A stretch of DNA of 62,332 nt, the filler included, from Nemertoderma westbladi (taxonomy: Eukaryota > Animalia > Xenacoelomorpha), in assembly GCA_032718475.1 (NCBI GenBank). It is 3 parts of 3 records of this genome, joined end to end, with 100 filler letters (N's around TTAATTAATTAA, not from the genome) between each part and the next. Parts side by side here need not be neighbours in the genome. Positions count along the whole stretch, not along the records: positions 1 to 15,776 come from JAUCBJ010000288.1; 2 more parts are not named here. One strand, written 5' to 3'. Below, in pieces: positions 1 through 12,172 of this stretch. Every line of letters begins with the position of its first letter. Position 1 is the stretch's first letter. Under the pieces are notes generated by a model. That model worked only from the letters and a program-made list of their open reading frames with translations. It searched no databases and was not told the origin of the DNA. The translations under genes and the position numbers were made by a program.

Positions 1-2925
1 ATCGGTATAACATACTGGTGTTATTTTTCTCCTAGAGACGGGTTTTTCACTTACCTTGTTTTCCGGTGTCTTCTCTCGGGACTGCTTGAGGAGTTGCAAT
101 TTCACTTCTCCATCCAAGAATGACATGAGATCAGCCATGGTAGGGTCTCGTCGTTGTTGTTCCATCATATAAAGTACTTTCTTATCCCAGCGTGTGCCTA
201 CCCCACCTTTCGGTAAAGTAGAAGCCACAGCTCCAATGACCATAGAACTTTGGTATTCATGAGACTTACCTAACCAATCTAATTGTCTACAGATCTCTTG
301 AATCTCATCGGAAAACTCTATTATCCCACTGTTGATGAACTTTCTGGGCGCTACTAATTTTGCATATAAATACTTAGCGATATTATTCCTATTACCATAC
401 CTGATGTTTAGCGTGTCCCAAACTTGTCTTAATCCGTCTGGATGTCCAATAAATTTTAACGCCATTAACCTGGGAGATCCTTCCAAGCACTCGATGAGGT
501 ATCTAAGTTTTTCTCCATTAGATAGTACAGAGTTCTGTATGTTATCTTTGTAATATTCATTAAAAGGTAACCATTTCATCTCATCTCCATTGAACTTGAC
601 GATCTCTCCAACCTTTACCGCTTGCCGGGCTTCGGTTCTAGCCATTTAACGCGTAAAACTTTCTTGGGCCATCGTGCTATTTAATATCGAGTTATCGGTA
701 TATAAATTTCTCGGATTATGATCAGGTCTATAGGGAATGTCATTATCAACAGGTCTATAATTACCCTTAATAGGGTTCACTATAGGAGTTTCTACTACGC
801 TAGCAGTATATATGCGTGTAGGCTCCACACCTTGCGCATGCAATACTTCAGACCTAACAGGTTGACACATTGTTACAGAGGGTGGTGGTATACCTCTTTG
901 AGTATTTACTAATTTATCGCGTTCTAGCGCGATACTTTGCTGCACTTCTTGCAGTTCTAGCCTACTTTCCCTCACTGTTCCCTTTAAATGTTGTACAGTC
1001 CCTTCCAACTCTCGGACCTGTTGGGAGGAGCGTATCTGATTCTCCTTCATCTCTCCAAGGAGAATATCCATCCCCCGCCGTCTCTCGTCTACCCAATCAA
1101 CCGCCGAAACGGGATCCGCCAACGTCGTAGCGGGCAGACAAGGGACAACGGGCGACAAATTCGGAATATTTCGCTCGGGGTCCAGGACCTGAACTGTCTC
1201 TAGGGCAGTTCTACGGGGCACAGGTAGCTTAGTGCTATGTAGAGGGAATTTATAGGTAGTCTCAGGGGGCACAGGTATGTCTATCACCGAAGAGGTGATT
1301 TCAAGAACAGGCCTAATTATTTCAGGCTCATCTACTATAGTAGGGAGTCTTTCTATTTTAATTATTTGGTCTGTGGGCTCTGTACTACCTACTTGGGTGT
1401 TATTTAGTTGCCTTCTAACAGCTGGAGGCAAATCAGGCAATTTCTGCCGGTGGAATGTTCTTTTACGTCTGCTTAGGCGAGATCGATTTCCTCCGCCTTC
1501 GGTGTCGGTGGTATCGCCTTCCTCAGATGATGTATACCCCTGTCTCTTGGGAGTAGATCGACTCATCATCCGCATATTGCTCTCTGTTAACTGTTTATTG
1601 AAGTTGTCTTGCCTCTCTTGAAGATTTTCCAACTCTAGTTGGGTTGCCTCTTCAGATGCCCTCCGTTCTGCTTCTGCCACCTTTGCCTCTGCCGCTGCCT
1701 CTGCCGCTGCCAATTTTCTTTCTGCTTCTGCAGCTACCACTGCTGCTTTCTTTCTGTCTTCTATAAGTTTTTTCTTTACTTGTTCTTCTCTTTCTCTAGC
1801 GATGCGGAGTTGTTCATCGAATTTAGCTTGGTTCGCCGCTAACCTATCCACATCAATCGCGTCTAACACAAGTTTGGCTCCTTCGCTATTAGGGCTAAGT
1901 CCCTCTAGCCTTCTCCTCAACTCTTTATCTCCCACAAAACGCTGATAGTCTGACAGATAGATATCAATGGCATCCTTCTTATGCGGTTTCTCTGCCGTCG
2001 CTTCACTTTCCACTTGGGAAAAAGTAGCGTCTGTTGATTCTCCATGGGTTGAGCGCTCCTCCAACTGAGCCTTCCACTGAGCTGCTCCTTGAACCTGGCG
2101 ACTCACCCGTTGAAACCAAGTCTTTACGGCAACTTGCAACGACGTGTCTTGTCTTCTTTTAGAAGCCTCCTCAAAGGCGGATAAGATTAGCCTAATCCGC
2201 AGAACTCTTTCTCTAACTTGATAAAGCAGCGATCCCTGCTCTTGAGGTCCTTGAGGTTGTTGAAACAGTTGTCTCTCTACTCGCTCCATAGAGCTGAAGA
2301 ATCCCTGTGCGTATCCGGCTGCGGACCTCTTCCATACAGCTGGATCGATGGTTTCCTTGGCTACTCCCATCCGGTGTATGTCTTCCCAGGCAGCTTCTGA
2401 TAAATCAAACGGGAGTCCGGGTCCGGGGAAGTTCCATTGCGACTCGACAATAGACTTCAGTTCTTCACTAGTGTAGCCCGCGTAGCTATCTCTAGTTGTT
2501 CGTTGACTCTTCGCCCAATCGATCTGGTGTTCTTCCACCGCGATCAATAACCTGGCGAGCACGGCTGCAGGAAGGATGAGAAGGGGATCCGTATAAACCG
2601 CCTCCGTCATCTCTGCTCCTCTCTCGGGTGTCAGCTCTACAGTATCATCACTACTGGAGCTGCTGGGCCGCTGAGGAATAAGTTCTTGACTAGCGGGTTG
2701 TTGCTGTTCCGCTGCCCTTTGGTCTCGCTTGACCTGAGCTCGAGTGCCTATGATAGACCTACGATGTTGGACTAGCCTAGGTTCTGTTATTACTACTGGA
2801 GGGATGACTTTCCTCACAGTGGGAGGTGAACTGAACTTACGACCAGACGGTGGTACGTCTCGATCTGAGTTGCAGATAGTTACATCTAATAAACTGTCTG
2901 ACAGGTTCTGCTTAGTATCAGACAT
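1..2925 (-). pseudogene. BEL/Pao gag of copy A with one premature stop
   Basis: 759-aa ORF highly similar to the 54139 ORF; TAA at 648-646 where C has CAA (R-Q-M); frame resumes MARTEARQAVKVGEIVKF and runs to the window edge. Confidence 0.85.
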
Positions 2926-5639
2926 GACTAGGTATGTACAGTTGAATGCCTACTGCTATATTACAGTCTAAGCAAGTCTAGTAACTTAGTATGAACTGCT
3001 AGCCTAGTAATTAATTACCGGTACTGCTACTCAGTGTAGCGTGATATATATATATATTAGAATACCGGTATACTTATAGTATATATAACTATATAAATAT
3101 TATTACAGACTAGGTTTATCACAGGATACCGGTATAATTTTAGCACAAATATATATAAATATATAATAGGCCTATCGGAGTACCGGTATACAGCTTACAG
3201 TTTGTAGGATATATAATTCTGAAATAGAATTAATTACAAGTACCGGTATAATTTCAGCCTAGATTTATAGAAATAAAGATAATAGGCCTATTGTAAATAC
3301 CGGTATATCAATTATTTTAAATAATTGAATTTCTGTTACTTTAGGGTTACTTGGTTACTTTACTTACTTTATTACCGTTATTTGAGCAGTAATCCAACTT
3401 ATATTGAGACCTAATGGTTGTAAGGTAGGCCTACGATTTATAAATCGTTAGATTTGATTTATAATATATATATACCCGTTTTAGTGGGTTTTGTCAATGT
3501 TTGAAATAAATGTTATTATTTCTGGGGAGTAATCACTACACAAAGCGGTACGCTTTCAGTGAAGTGTTACGTACAGGACACTAAAACAAATAATACTAAT
3601 TTACCTAAGTTACTTAATACTACAAATTACGTACAATTCGGGTTGAGATTACGATCTCTAAATAAACACAAAAATTTACAAAAACGCAAATACGAATTTT
3701 TAGGGTAATTTTACAAGAAGTCTACAAACCAGCCTAACAAAGGGTTAGGAAACTGATTATTACCGCGGACAGGGTACTAGGTATTTGAAATAATAAGTAG
3801 TAGTAAATACACTGTGTTGTCTAGATAGGAAAATGCCACCGCCTGACGACCTATAGCCGTATCGCTATAGGTTCTACGTTATGTATCACGGAGTGTTCCT
3901 ACCTAGAAGTTAATAGAGCTAATCCAATGTGCCTATCAACCACTTTACAACACAAATATAATGCCTACAATAATTACTTCGGAAAGTACCGTACACTAAA
4001 CCCTAAATTAGGTACGAGTACTTGTACAACAAATAATCAGTAGTTAAATATACTTGAACAGCTAAAAGAACCACGGCATCTGCTGGAGTGACCGATGCAC
4101 AAAATCACCAGTCTTTACCTACGCCAAGCAGCCCGTATAGTACCGAGGTTAATTTAACTATAACGGTATGTATAACAAACACAATTACTGTAGGAACAAA
4201 CTTGGGGACTTGAATGTTGCGAATAATCGCATAAACTCTGAATAATAAATATTACGCAACGCGTACAAACCACTTAAACAAAATGCAGACTAAATACTGA
4301 CAGACTACTATCAAGCCTAAACAAACCACGGTATATGCAGACTCCGAAACGATTAGGGAGTATGCGTTCTAACCCAGTAGTACGCCTTATTCTTTAATTG
4401 AGGGTTTACCTTACTGCATTGGCTGCCTCAACTTCCTAACCTTACTTAATCGGACAGATGCTCTACACACACTACAATCCGTTCAGACTTAATAACAGCC
4501 AGACAACTATCCAGCCTACAAGTTATCCAAATAAAATTATACGCTACCTGTACAGACTTACACAAACAAAGTACAGATCAAACGATGGCAGACTACTCTC
4601 AAGCCTAAATAAAATACAGGACATGCAGACTCCGAAATGATTAGGGGGTATGCGCTCTAACCCAGTAGTGCGACTTATTCTTTAATTGGGGTTTACCTTA
4701 CTGCATTGGCTGCCCAAACTTCCTAACCGTACTTAATCGGACAGTTGCTCTACACACACTGCAATCCGTTCAGACTTAACAGCAATCAGACAACAGCTCA
4801 GCCTACAAATTGTCTGTCCAATCTGATCAGGTTTACACGCCTTCTGTTCAATACTGGCCTACAAACAAATAAAACTGACAGAAATAAGTAAGCTCCAAAA
4901 GAAACAAGGGGTGTACAGTCCCTAATCTCTTAAACAGCCTACCGGTATACAACAATCAAATCGAATAATACTAATGTACTTATACGGCAGTAGGTACCGG
5001 TCCGGATGATCAGGCAGTCAGGCCTACTGGTTACCGGCCGACCGGTACTTTCGACTTTATTGCTTACTGCAATAATGAAGCTATATCCTTTAATGTTCGC
5101 GCTTTCAGACCTTTGGCAGTTTAACCCGCCAAATTAGAATGTCTTCTAGATAATAAATCTGCTTTTTAGTCTATGACAAGTATTTGATTCACTACACTAG
5201 TCGAAACCAATCCGTGCGCGACCATTCACCCGCTGGAAATTCCCGGGAGATTGGGTTCGACGGTTTAATTTTTATTGCTATGTAAGCCTAATGTATTATT
5301 CGACTGACAGTACTATATAATCTCTGACAATATTATTCACCTTCGGTAATATTAACAGTTCCTTTAGGACGTGGCGCTTTATCTACATAAACAGAGTTAT
5401 GACTTAAACTACTCGCAACGATATGGCTTAATTATAATCCACATATATGGCGCATTCTTTAGGAATTGCTTCTTTAACAGACTCACTCATACACTATGCT
5501 GCACAATACTGCACACTAATCTGCCAATCTTCACTGATTTTAGTCACATATAAAAGGAACACAGGCTGACTCATGTAGGGTCTATCAAATAACATTAGAT
5601 TCACTTCAAACCACTTTAACATAAGTCACAATCGTTATT

Positions 5640-6337
5640 GGTAACCTTTCTCTCTTACCTTAGGTATATCAAGAATATTGTGTTGCGGGGTTATTTATCG
5701 TTATTCCAAATATAATTATTCATCAACCATATTATGAAGAACTGACAGCAAATAGCAGTATAAAACAACAAGTCAGTACCGGTATGTCAGCAATGAGATA
5801 TAGGCATGAGATATTCCAGTAGTCAGTTTGCAGTCATCAGTTTGGTATGTAGTCCGTTAAAGGATATATGCCCTTTATAATTAAACCTACTAGTGTACAA
5901 CTAAAAAGCAGTACAGCACAAAATATTTCTAAGCCGTTCTTTCTTTGGCTCAAGACTGAATGAATAAACACTGCACATAGGCCTTACGTCATTTCTAGGA
6001 AATTCTCTGTACAAGGAGCCACAAAAACGCTCTCATTGGCTGACTGAGCTGAGAGACGCTGTAGAACAAAGGAAATCAACACGTATGAATGTCAGCTGTT
6101 AACCGTAGTCATAGTAACTACTGTTCAAGAGTAGCTATCACTCCTTTGCGTCACAAATTGCCATAGAATCATAAAATATACCTTTCTCAATACACATACG
6201 GAGGAAATAAGTCTTAGATCCTCTAAAAACACCGATACAGTAATAATACGGTCTCTTACACTTATTAAATCAACTACAGAGTATTTTAATGTAAAAGATA
6301 ATAAAAATAACGGGGCAATTCAGCAAAGGCTTTTACA
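5640..6337 (-). repeat. Putative 5' LTR of copy A (inner boundary approximate)
   Basis: TG start; homologous to but more diverged from 10300-10931 and 50793-51412; contains CCAAT and TATAAAA. Confidence 0.55.
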
Positions 6338-7464
6338 CTTTCATTGAATTTAGCTTGGTTCGCAGCTAACCTATCCACATCGATTGCGTCCAACACAAGC
6401 TTGGCTCCTTCACTATTAGGGCTAAGTCCATCTAGCCTTCTCCTCAACTCTTCATCACCTACAAAACGTTGATAGTCTGACAGATAGATGTCAATGGCAT
6501 CCCTCTTATGCGGTTTCTCTGCTGTCGCTTCACTTTCCACTTGGGAAAATGTAGCGTCTGTTGATTCTCCATGGGTTGAGCGCTCATCTAGCTGAGCTTT
6601 CCACTGAGCCGTTCCTTGAACCTGGAGACTCACCCGTTGAAACCAAGTCTTTACGGCAACTTGCAACGACGTGTCTTGTCTTCTTTTAGAAGCCTCCTCA
6701 AATGCCGATAAGATTAGCCTGATTCGTAGAATTCTTTCTCTAACTTGATAAAGCAGCTGTCCCTGCTCTTGAGGTCCTTGGGGTTGTTGAAACAGTTGTT
6801 CTTTTAATCGCTCCATAGAGCTGAAGAATCCCTGTACGTATCCTGCTGCTGACCTCTTCCACACAGCTGGATCGATGGTTTCTTTTGTTACTCCCATCCT
6901 GTGTATGTCTTCCCAGGCAGCTTCCGATAAGTCAAACGGGAGTCCGGGTCCGGGGAAGTTCCATTGCGACTCGACAATAGACTTCAGTTCTTCCCTTGTG
7001 TATCCCGCATAACTATCCTTGGTCGACCGCTTACTTCTCGCCCAATCAATCTGGTGTTCTTCCACCGCGATCAATACTCTAGTGAGTATGGCTGCAGGAA
7101 GGATGAGAAGGGGATCCGAATAAACCGCATCCGTCATCTTTGCTCCGTGCTCGGGTGTCAGCTCTACAGTATCCTCACTACTGGAGCTGTCGGGCCGTTG
7201 AGAAATAAGTTCTCGGCTCGCGGGTGGTTGCTGTTCCGCTACTTCTTGGTCCCGCTTGACCTGAGCTCTAGTGCCTATGACAGACCTACGATGTTGGACT
7301 AGCCTAGGGTCTGATATTCCTACGGGAGGGATGATCTTTCTTACAGTAGGAGGTGAGTTGAACTTCGGTCCTACACGTTCCACACTCCTGTCTGGGTCAC
7401 AGATGGTTGTATCTAAGAGACTGTCTGACAGGTTTTGCTTTGTGTCAGACATATTTGTTTGCAC
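6338..7464 (-). pseudogene. N-terminal part of copy B gag, truncated by insertion
   Basis: Matches A/C gag up to AANQAKFNES; the tail VKAFAELPRY... is read-through into the terminus of A. Confidence 0.85.
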
Positions 7465-10299
7465 AGTTGAATGCCTACTGCTATATTACAGTTAAAGCAA
7501 ATCTAGTAATTCAGTATCACGGTTAGCCTAGTAATTAATTACCGATATTGCTACTCAGTGTAGCGTGATATATATATAATATATTAGAATACCGGTATGC
7601 TTATAGTATATATATAAGTATTATTACAGACTAGGTTTGTCACAGAATACCGGTATATAATTCCAGCACAAATATATATAAATATATAATAGGCCTATCG
7701 TGGATACCGGTATGCAGTTTACACTTATAGTATATATAAGTATAATTACTAACTAGAATTAATTACAGAATACCGGTATAATTTCAGCCTAAATTTATAA
7801 ATATATAATAGGCCTATCGTGAATACCGGTATACAGCTTACACTTATAATGTATATATATAAGTATAATTACAGACTAGAATTAATTACAGAATACCGGT
7901 ATAATTTCAGCCTAAAATTTATAGAAATAAATATAATAAACCTATGGTAAATACCGGTATGTCAATTATTTTAAATAATTGAATTTCTGAATTTTTAGGG
8001 GTTACTTGGTTACTTTACTTACTTTATTACCGTTATTTGAGCAGTAGTCCAACTGATATTTAGACCTAATTGATGTATGGCAGGCCTACTATTTATAAAT
8101 CGTTTGAGTTGATTTATAATATATATACCCGTTAAAATGGGTTTTTGTCAATATTTGAAATAAATGTTATTATTTCTGGGGGGAGTCACTACACAGAAGC
8201 TGTGCGCTCTCAGTGAAGTGCTACTTGTTGGACACTAAAACAAATAATTCTAATTTACCTAAGTTACTTAATACTACAAATTACGTACAATTCTGGGTGA
8301 GATTACAATCTCTAAATAAACACAAAATTACAAGTACGAATTTTTAGGGCAATTTTACAAGAAGTCTACAAACCAGCCTAACAAAGGGTTAGAATATCTG
8401 GTTATTACAACGGACAGGGTACTACGGTATTTGAAAGTAATAAGTAGTAGTAAATATACTGCGTTGTCCAGATAGGAAAAATACCACCGTCTGACGACTT
8501 ATAGCCGTATCACTATAAGTACTACGTTATGTATCACAGAGTGTTCCTACCTAGAAGTTAATTACCGCGGTCTACCAGAACCAACGTGCCTATTAACCAC
8601 TTTACAACACAAATATACTGCCTACACACTAATCACCTTTGGAAAGCACTGTACACTAAACCCTAAATTAGGTACAAAGTACTTATACAACAAATAATCA
8701 GTAGTTAAAAAATACTTGAACAGCTAAAAGAACCACGGTATCTGCTGGAGTGACCGGGGCACAAAATCACCAGTCTTTACCTACGCCTAGCAGCCCTGAT
8801 GTAGTACCGGGGTTAGTTTAACTATAACGGTATATATAACAAGCACAATTACTGTAGGAATAAACTTGGGGATATGAATGTTGCAAATAATCGCATAAAC
8901 TCTGAATAATAAATATTACGCTACGCGTACAGACTACTCAAACAAAATGCAGACCAAATACTGACAGACTACTATCAAGCCTAAACAAACTACGATATAT
9001 GCAGACTCCGAAATGGTTAGTTAGTATGCGTTCTAACCGAGTAGTACGACTTATTCTTTCGAGGGGGTTTACCTCACAGCTCTGGAAGCCCCTACGTTCC
9101 CAACTGGCACTTTATCGGACATACACTCTACACACACCGAAATCTCTTCAGACCTAACAACAGCCAGACAAAATCCAGCCTACAAATTATCTAAATAAGA
9201 AATATTATGCTACCCGTACAAACTACACAAACAAAGTACAGACCAAACGCTGGCAGACTACTATCAAGCCTAAATACACTACAGTATATGCAGACTCCGA
9301 AATGGTTAGTTAGTATGCGTTCTAACCGAGTAGTACGACTTATTCTTTCGAGGGGGTTCACCTCACAGCACTGGCAGCCCCTACTTTCCTAACTAGTACT
9401 TTTTCGGACATATGCTCTACATACACTACAGTCTCTTCAGACTTAACAACAGTCAGACAACAGTCCAGCCTACAAATTGTCTGTACAATCTGAGCAGGCT
9501 TACACGCCTTCTGCTCAATACTGGCCTACAAATAAATAAAACTGACAGAAATAAGTAAGCTCCAAAAGAAACAAGGGGTGTACAGTCCCTAATCTTTTAA
9601 ACAGCCTACCGGTATACAATTTCACAATCGAATAATACTGCTGTACCTGTACTGCTGTAGGTACCGGTCCGGGTGGTTAGGTAGTCAGGCCTACTAGGTA
9701 CCGGTTAACCGGTACTTCAGCTTTATTGCCTACTGCAATACAGAAGCTATATCTGTTATTGTTCGCGCTTTCAGACCTTTAGCAGTTTAACCTGCCAAAT
9801 TGGGATGTCTTCTAGATAATAGATCGTCTTTAGCCTATGACAAGTATTTGATACACTACATTAGCCGAAGCCAGTCTATGCGCGATCATTCACCCGCTGG
9901 ATATACCCGGGAGACTGGATTCGGAAGCCTAACCGTATTGCGGTGTAAGCCTACTGTATTATTCGACTGATCGTAATATATAATCTCTGACAAATATTAT
10001 TCACTTTCGGGAAATATTAACAGTTCCTTTAGGACGTGGCGCTCTAAATATGTAAACAGAGTTATGACTTAAACTAGATACAACGGGATGGCTATAGATT
10101 TACGTATATGGCGCATTCTTTAGGAGATGCTTTGTTATCAGTCACAATCATACACAATACTGCACAATGCTGCACACTGATCTGCCGACCTTCACTAATT
10201 TTAGTCACATATAAAGAGAACAACAGACAATACATGTAGGGCCTATGAAATAGCATTAGATTCACTTCAAACCACTTAATGTAAGTCGCAATCGTTATA

Positions 10300-10931
10300 T
10301 GTAACCGGTCTCTCTAACCTTTAGTATATCAAGGAGATTGGGGTGTCTGATTATTTATCAGTATTCCAAATATAATATTCCATCAACAAATATAATGAAT
10401 AACCGACAGTAAATAGCAGTACAAAGTTTAAGGTATGAATGGTTATGAATGCAGTTAAGTAAGTGAGTTGGTTTGTTTGTTTTGATAACAGATATACGTT
10501 CTATAATTAAGCCTACTAATGTTGGGCTAAAGACTGAAACACTGAGGTTCCAAAGCCGGTGTTCTAGGCTGTGGACAAAATCACATACTGACTCAACTCC
10601 ACGAGTTTCCGTATACAATCTCTAACGCAGAGGCAAAAAACGCTCTGATTGGTCGACCGAACAAAGAAGGAACAGAGAACAAAGAAAAAGCTCCACGTGT
10701 ACAGCATCAGCTGTTAGCCGTCGTCATGGTAGCTACACTGTTTCAAGAGGATCCGGCGTATTGCGTCATAGAATTGCTAATTATGTCCGCTAAAGTACAC
10801 ATACAGAAGAAATGGCTTTTATGTCCTCTAAAACACCAGTACAGTAAGGACACGGCCTTTTATGCCTGTTAAACCAACTACAGAGTACTTTACGGGGAAA
10901 ATAACTGGCTAATTCCGCAAAAGCCTTTACA
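10300..10931 (-). repeat. Putative 5' LTR of copy B
   Basis: TGTAA...TTACA termini; close match to 50793-51412. Confidence 0.6.
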
Positions 10932-11209
10932 TATTGCTTGAAATAAAATTAGCTTTAAATAAGTACCGGTATATATTATGACACAACCAATGGAATAATC
11001 TATTAGAATAAAACAGTAAATAATATTGTATAGTAATAAAATGCCATTGAATCATTATTATTTTAACATTTTACTGCATAAATATAATAGGAATAGCCGT
11101 TGTGCAATTGTGGCAATAAAATTTGTCAAATATGTTGCGCATTAGGCATAGATAAATTAACTTCCCCAAGCAACATCAGGAACTTTCTAAGGAGTAGCCG
11201 CCTATTCAA

Positions 11210-11233
11210 TTTGGCGGGAAATTTGAAACCAAT
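11210..11233 (+). promoter_or_regulatory. E2F/CDE + CHR + CCAAT motif cluster
   Basis: TTTGGCGGGAAATTTGAAACCAAT matches the DREAM-type GGCGGG-N-TTTGAA arrangement followed by CCAAT; no downstream gene identified. Confidence 0.3.
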
Positions 11234-11279
11234 CGGAAGCCCATTATTAAACATACATTTTCGAAGTATTATTATTAAT

Positions 11280-11967
11280 ACCGGCTCGCATTTGGACCGT
11301 GTAACGTGGTGCGTGAGCCTATAGTTCGGGAGCAGCAGGGGGAGGAGGGAGCAGCTGGTCTTCGGTGTGACGTGGGCATCCGGGGCGCACTAAACCCACA
11401 TACTCAGGCGTTGATTGACATCTGGGTTGTAAACCTTGACGCCGAGTCTTATGTGGGTCGCGCCCCGATGTCCGTACTAGTGCCTGCCGAAGACGAGAAG
11501 AGGCGGCTCTATGCGGATGTAGTTACCGCTCGAAGAGGCGACTTTTCGCCTTTCGTTGCGTCCTGCTGCGGAGTACTCGCTCCTCAGGCAAATCACCTGC
11601 TTCGCGCGGTGGCTGACCGGCTGCATCGGTCATGGGGGCGTCCCTACAGCGTCACCATGGGCTGGGTTCGCACCCGCATCCAGCTGGCGGTCATCCGCAG
11701 CCCCACCCACTGCCTTCGGGGATCCAGGGTGAAGTGGAGGAGCGGCCTAGGGCTGGATGACGGTGCTGGGCTACCTTGCGTCTAGCGCGCTTTAAACTAA
11801 AAATTTCCAAAATTTTGTGCTCCTTACCATTAAGTTTTAAAGGTATCATACTATCATTGTATCCTGGTGATGGGTATCTGTGCAATTGTCCGTTTGTTAA
11901 AATTGTTTGTATTTGTTTATCTGTGATAGTAATGTAATAAAAATTTAATTTGGTGTTTATTAGAAAA
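11280..11967 (+). mobile_element. 5'-truncated CRE-like non-LTR retrotransposon (restriction-like endonuclease end)
   Basis: ORF 11306-11785 has REP...LRCD...D...Y...EDEK...F.PF...G motifs of the RLE domain; AATAAA near 11936; ATTATTATTAAT at 11268-11279 and 11968-11979 as candidate TSD. Confidence 0.7.
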
Positions 11968-12172
11968 ATTATTATTAATTGCTGGTACTGAAAATGGCAG
12001 AATGTATTGGAAGAATAATAATAGATAAATTAACTTCCCCAAGCAACACTGTGATTTCCGATGACGATAATATATTATATATTAATTCGATACACCCCCA
12101 GGCGGGGTAAATGGAAACCAGTAAAATTTATGTACATAAATAAATAGAAAATAAATTGAATACAATTATTAG

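Larger units (their letters stand above)
1..6337 (-). mobile_element. BEL/Pao LTR retrotransposon copy A (5' part; runs off the window), nested in copy B
   Basis: Starts TGTAAAAGCC at 6337 on minus; collinear with copies B and C through the leader and gag; interrupts B gag at ...AKFNES. Confidence 0.85.
6338..10931 (-). mobile_element. BEL/Pao copy B, 5' part, interrupted by copy A
   Basis: Starts TGTAAAGGC at 10931; same leader as A and C; gag start at ~7464. Confidence 0.85.

Noticed and set aside
3843-3875. CTGACGA followed by a stem, hammerhead-like
   Set aside because: No GAAA after the stem, no flanking stems, and it lies antisense to gag
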